DNA of 64,000 nucleotides from Bacteroidia bacterium (GTDB lineage Bacteria > Bacteroidota > Bacteroidia > Chitinophagales > UBA2359). The notes under the pieces are model-generated. The model searched no databases. It had not been told where the DNA came from and worked only from the letters and a program-made list of their open reading frames with translations. Numbering within the stretch: position 1 is the first letter of the stretch; every line of letters begins with the position of its first letter. Positions 60,668 through 64,000 of this stretch are shown here, piece by piece. The stretch lies in the NCBI GenBank assembly GCA_030427245.1, contig JAUHXA010000001.1, positions 91,899 through 155,898 on the forward strand. Reading direction: 5' to 3'. Made by a program: the position numbers and the translations under genes.

Positions 60668-61228
60668 TTACTGTATCTCTATATCAAAAATCACTTCAAT
60701 GTCCGTTTCACCACCTGCATTGCTGATATCACCTGTCGAAACTCCAGAAGCCGTTTTGTTTGGTTCGTGGCGAAGCGTCACCTGAAACTGTCCAGTACTT
60801 GCCTCACCCGTTTGAAAAAGAACCTCCAAACCAATTGGATTGCCATTTGTATCCGTATCATCGTAAGCAAAACTCAGATTTACTCCCGCAGTTGTTGCGT
60901 AGAAAAACTGATGGTCTTCTCCTTCACTTCTCACTTCATTGGTAATGTTTTCGGCAGGGGAAACCGATTCGTTTAGCAACTCAAGTGTGGCATTATAAAT
61001 GGTGTTTGCAGCCAGCGTACCACTTGTGATAACAGGATCATTACCGCCATCTCCGTCCGTATCTCGAAATCGAAATAAGACATCACTTCCACCACCTTCT
61101 GGAGTCATTGTCAAGGTCAAAGTGGTAATCAACTCTTCTTCATTTGGAGGAGTTGGGTCGTCTTTGTCACAACTCGAAAAAGAAAAAATAGCCAATACAA
61201 GTCCGAATAAAAAAAGATACTGCTTCAT
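60668..61228 (-). CDS. Lipoprotein of unknown function, co-oriented with the TonB-dependent receptor
   Basis: The signal peptide with lipobox-like ...AIFSFSSC is followed by DKDDPTPP. 186 aa. It starts 76 nt downstream of the receptor gene. Confidence 0.65.
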   Translation of the reverse strand: MKQYLFLFGLVLAIFSFSSCDKDDPTPPNEEELITTLTLTMTPEGGGSDVLFRFRDTDGDGGNDPVITSGTLAANTIYNATLELLNESVSPAENITNEVRSEGEDHQFFYATTAGVNLSFAYDDTDTNGNPIGLEVLFQTGEASTGQFQVTLRHEPNKTASGVSTGDISNAGGETDIEVIFDIEIQ

Positions 61229-61304
61229 GTTTTTGTGTTAAATTGTTAATATAAAAATTGTTATTCTGAAAAGTCTATTGTTAGCGCATAAGGCCTATCA
61301 GATT

Positions 61305-63638
61305 TCAAAAATGATAGTTCAACCGTAGTGCAAAATTGCGTCCTGTCTCATCTGCAAAGTATCGCAAGCGATTTAAATAATCCCGATAAACTGTATTAAA
61401 AACGTTTTGAACTTCAAAGTGAATCCCTAAAGTATTTTGCTGCAATGGGAACTTCGCTCCTACTTCAAAATGAATCAATTGATAGGATTCGGGCGGTTCG
61501 GTGAAATCTACATTTGCAGGAACTCGATTTTGTTTACCTACCAAGGTATGTCCCAGCTTTACTTCTATGTCCTTCCACTTTCCCCAATCTTTTTGTGCAT
61601 AGACCAGACTGTTTTCCAATCGATTGGCAGGCATAAAAATCAGGTAATCTCCCTTCGTCACATCTTTTGCCCACAACAATGAACCCTTGAACTGCCAAGC
61701 CCATTTGGAATGGAATTGCCACTGTCCGACTCCATCCAAGCCCAGCAATCGAGCGTCCGTTTGAAGGTATTGAAAAACTGGAAATGCGCCTCTTATTGTC
61801 AATCGTTGCTCTCCCGTTGGAGTGAGGTAAATAAAATCTTTCAACCAATGGGCATAAGCACTCACCTCCCATTGCCATTTTTTTGAGTCATTGTATTGAA
61901 GCGTTTGCACCCACTTCCATGACTTTTCAGTGGTCAAATCTGCATCTCCTTCTTCAATTGCGGCTGCTCCATGATGCAATCCTTCACTAAACAATTCATT
62001 TATACTTGGAGGGCGAAAAGCTGTTCCTAAATTGCTGCGAAAGGATAGTTTTCCATTGAAGTCCACCATTCCCCCAATGCTTGCTGAGACATTGTGAAAA
62101 TTGAAGGTAGGCTCTAATAATTCATTAGTAGTAGAGAATTTTTTCACCAATAAATGCTGAAAATCATAGCGAATTCCAGCTTCCAGCTCCCAGTTTTCCT
62201 GCTTCAAATGTTCTATCCAAAAAGCCCCTAATCCATACTGATTGTAGTAGGGGACTAAGGGACGCACACCTGTATCGGGGTCGTTTCGATTGAGTTTGTA
62301 ACTCCCTGTTATACCCATTCTTCCTTTTAGCTTGCTCCATTCTTTGTGTTCAAAAGTAAGGTCAATGTGTTGGGATTGAAGGTCTAAGTCCAAAGAAGGA
62401 ATATCAGAACGGCTGCCTCTGCGTATGTCAAATTCTTTGCGGTTGTCATACTGAAAAGCGTATAGCAGTTGAAGTTTCCCCCAATTCTCGCCTCGCCAAT
62501 AGACATTCATTTTGGCTAAATGATGGTCGACTTTTTGTTTGGGATTGAGAATGTCGTAGTTGAAATCTTCGGTAAACAAAGGCACTTCACGCTCCAATGC
62601 TGCCTGCAAATCGGTCAAATTGCCAATATGTGAACCCCGCAAAATACCCAATTCAGTATGAAAATAACTGTAAAAAACTTCCATTCCAAAATGGTACTTT
62701 TTGAAGCCGAAAGCAGCAGATACATTGCTTTCTTGCATGGCCGTGTTGGTGAGTGAATAGTTGGGAGTGTGGAAATCACCCGATTTTTTGAGCGTTCCTT
62801 GCAGTCTCCAACCCACGCCTTTCCACTTTGAAGAACCGCCTTCTATCTGTGCAGATGCAATACCTTGTCTCCCATTACTCATGCCCACCAAATTGATTTT
62901 TCCTTTGAAGGTCTTGCTAATCGGCAAAGGAGCAGGTTCTACCAAAATAACTCCTCCGATGGCATCCGAACCATATTGAACACTCGCTGCACCTTTGATA
63001 ACCGACAGTTCGGCTGCAATAAAAGGGTCCATTTCGGGAGCGTGTTCTGTACCCCATTGCTGACCTTCTTGCCGCACGCCATTGTTGAGCATCAAAATTC
63101 GATTGCTGTGTAAGCCGTGAATGATGGGTTTGGAAATCGTGGGTCCCGTTTGTAGGGAATTGACTCCCGAAATTTTGGTCAATGCTTCTCCCAAGGACTT
63201 CCCTGCCAACTGCTCCAACTCTGTACCTTTGAGGTTGTTTTGGGTCATTGAGACAGCCTGTTGGTTCTTTTTACCTGTTATTTTGATGGTTTCGAGAATC
63301 TCTTCGTGGTGTTCGGTCGTAAAATTTTGGACAGTGTGGTTTCGGAGGTTGATTTTTTTGGTGACAGATTCACAACCAATGTGACTGGCGATGACCGTAT
63401 AAAAACCTTCGCATAGCCCTTCAATGCGGTAATTTCCCAAGCTGTCACTGACCACGCCTGTTTTGAGTTCTTCTATATAAATAGCTGCAAAAGGCAAAGG
63501 CTGTCGGTCGTGTTCGTCACTGACATTTCCCGAAAGCGAATAATTACAGGGAGACTTTGGCACTTGCCCATCCATATCATTGAAGTGGGCGAATAGCAGA
63601 AAGGTTAGGAAATAGGGTAAAAAAAGGTGTTTTCTCAT
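61305..63638 (-). CDS. TonB-dependent receptor with N-terminal carboxypeptidase-regulatory-like domain
   Basis: 777 aa. A signal peptide is followed by a CarboxypepD_reg-like segment (GNVSDEHDRQPLPFAAIYIEELKTGVVSDSLGNYRIEGL). A plug region follows (…ISKPIIHGLHSNRILMLNNGVRQEGQQWG…). The terminal barrel strand ...GRNFALRLNYHF ends in Phe. Confidence 0.85.
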   Translation of the reverse strand: MRKHLFLPYFLTFLLFAHFNDMDGQVPKSPCNYSLSGNVSDEHDRQPLPFAAIYIEELKTGVVSDSLGNYRIEGLCEGFYTVIASHIGCESVTKKINLRNHTVQNFTTEHHEEILETIKITGKKNQQAVSMTQNNLKGTELEQLAGKSLGEALTKISGVNSLQTGPTISKPIIHGLHSNRILMLNNGVRQEGQQWGTEHAPEMDPFIAAELSVIKGAASVQYGSDAIGGVILVEPAPLPISKTFKGKINLVGMSNGRQGIASAQIEGGSSKWKGVGWRLQGTLKKSGDFHTPNYSLTNTAMQESNVSAAFGFKKYHFGMEVFYSYFHTELGILRGSHIGNLTDLQAALEREVPLFTEDFNYDILNPKQKVDHHLAKMNVYWRGENWGKLQLLYAFQYDNRKEFDIRRGSRSDIPSLDLDLQSQHIDLTFEHKEWSKLKGRMGITGSYKLNRNDPDTGVRPLVPYYNQYGLGAFWIEHLKQENWELEAGIRYDFQHLLVKKFSTTNELLEPTFNFHNVSASIGGMVDFNGKLSFRSNLGTAFRPPSINELFSEGLHHGAAAIEEGDADLTTEKSWKWVQTLQYNDSKKWQWEVSAYAHWLKDFIYLTPTGEQRLTIRGAFPVFQYLQTDARLLGLDGVGQWQFHSKWAWQFKGSLLWAKDVTKGDYLIFMPANRLENSLVYAQKDWGKWKDIEVKLGHTLVGKQNRVPANVDFTEPPESYQLIHFEVGAKFPLQQNTLGIHFEVQNVFNTVYRDYLNRLRYFADETGRNFALRLNYHF

Positions 63639-63648
63639 GGTTTCACTT

Positions 63649-63706
63649 TATGCAACAGTGTTGCAAATATAAACCATCCTTTTCATTTTTGCAACACTGT
63701 TGCAAA
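63649..63706. promoter_or_regulatory. Two copies of a 15-19-bp palindrome (TTGCAACA-N-TGTTGCAA) upstream of the TonB-dependent receptor
   Basis: TATGCAACAgTGTTGCAAA (63649-63667) and TTTGCAACAcTGTTGCAAA (63688-63706, a perfect 19-mer). Their centres are 39 bp apart, 10-70 nt upstream of the ATG at 63638. Confidence 0.6.
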
Positions 63707-63721
63707 TAATAGTCTAAAAAC

Positions 63722-63760
63722 AAAAAAGCAGGTACACAACATTCGTGCACCTGCTTTTTT
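63722..63760 (-). terminator. Hairpin terminator (bidirectional)
   Basis: AAAAAAGCAGGTACAC aacatt CGTGCACCTGCTTTTTT. It lies 3' of the minus-strand ORF ending at 63791. Confidence 0.65.
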
Positions 63761-63790
63761 GGAAATAAAAACTTATTAAACATACATGGA

Positions 63791-64000
63791 CTATGACTCC
63801 ATATCGTCTTCTTTTTTCATCTTTCCTTTTTTCTTGTTTTTATTTTTCATTTTAGTTTTCACCTTTTTGGTTTTGTTCTTTTTGATTTTTTTGGCTTTCT
63901 TTTCAGGCTTGTCATCAGCCGCAGCCAATAGAACTGCATCGTCCTCTTCTTCCAAATCCGGTACAACTATCAAATCTTCTACCTCTTCATCAGTAGATTG
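63791..64000 (-). CDS. 3' part of an ORF with acidic stretch and Lys-rich tail (open to window edge)
   Basis: ...QSTDEEVEDLIVVPDLEEEDDAVLLAAADDKPEKKAKKIKKNKTKKVKTKMKNKNKKKGKMKKEDDMES*. There is no stop between 63973 and the window end. Function unknown. Confidence 0.4.
   Translation of the reverse strand, partial: QSTDEEVEDLIVVPDLEEEDDAVLLAAADDKPEKKAKKIKKNKTKKVKTKMKNKNKKKGKMKKEDDMES

Overview
This is an AT-rich, Bacteroidota-like chromosomal segment. It carries T9SS C-terminal sorting domains, TonB-dependent receptors and a DUF3078-like outer-membrane protein. I count about 45 credible CDS, one tRNA (Cys-GCA), at least five gene remnants and an unusually dense set of intergenic repeats. I saw no rRNA, CRISPR array, transposase or integrase. 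Main blocks: (1) 238-4293, a tandem class III cyclase + STAND P-loop + TPR protein. (2) 4.7-9.1 kb, two T9SS cargo proteins. (3) 11.7-15.6 kb, a Ddl-like ATP-grasp + GNAT + Rossmann dehydrogenase operon with a decayed duplicate beside it. (4) A TPR-CHAT (caspase-fold protease) family: one copy at 15.8-18.7 kb (-), two tandem copies at 51.0-57.0 kb (+), and an orphan frameshifted C-terminal cassette at 49.6-50.1 kb. The orphan cassette and tandem pair sit in a locus with an ECF-like sigma factor, an anti-sigma-like ORF and a STAS protein. The protease halves are near-identical and mosaic, while the TPR halves are diverged. (5) 20.8-35.9 kb, a co-directional 13-gene cluster with no NRPS, PKS or RiPP genes. 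It encodes an amidinotransferase, arginase-family hydrolase, FAD amino-acid/amine oxidase, SAM methyltransferase, 2-hydroxyacid dehydrogenase, HMGL-like aldolase, atypical type II dehydroquinase-like protein, YggS, an orphan 460-aa protein, a cyclic-peptide-type ABC exporter, an atypical P-type ATPase, a PF10014-like 2OG dioxygenase and an SMP-30 lactonase. It is a candidate guanidino/arginine-derived metabolite pathway. (6) 36.1-39.9 kb, an SPFH/prohibitin gene plus three paralogous DUF697-like membrane proteins and a 55-aa membrane ORF, preceded by a 5-unit ~107-bp tandem repeat. (7) 44.0-48.1 kb, a GCS2-CBS ligase plus two ATP-grasp ligases. (8) A housekeeping end with tRNA-Cys, folB, a glutaryl-CoA-dehydrogenase-like gene, and a TonB-dependent receptor with twin palindromic operators. 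A bipartite direct-repeat motif (TAACGTGACyT, then AAATGTGACyT 21 bp later) occurs at least 13 times, often at the edges of truncated genes. All functional calls come from motif recognition by eye; no database search or computation was run.
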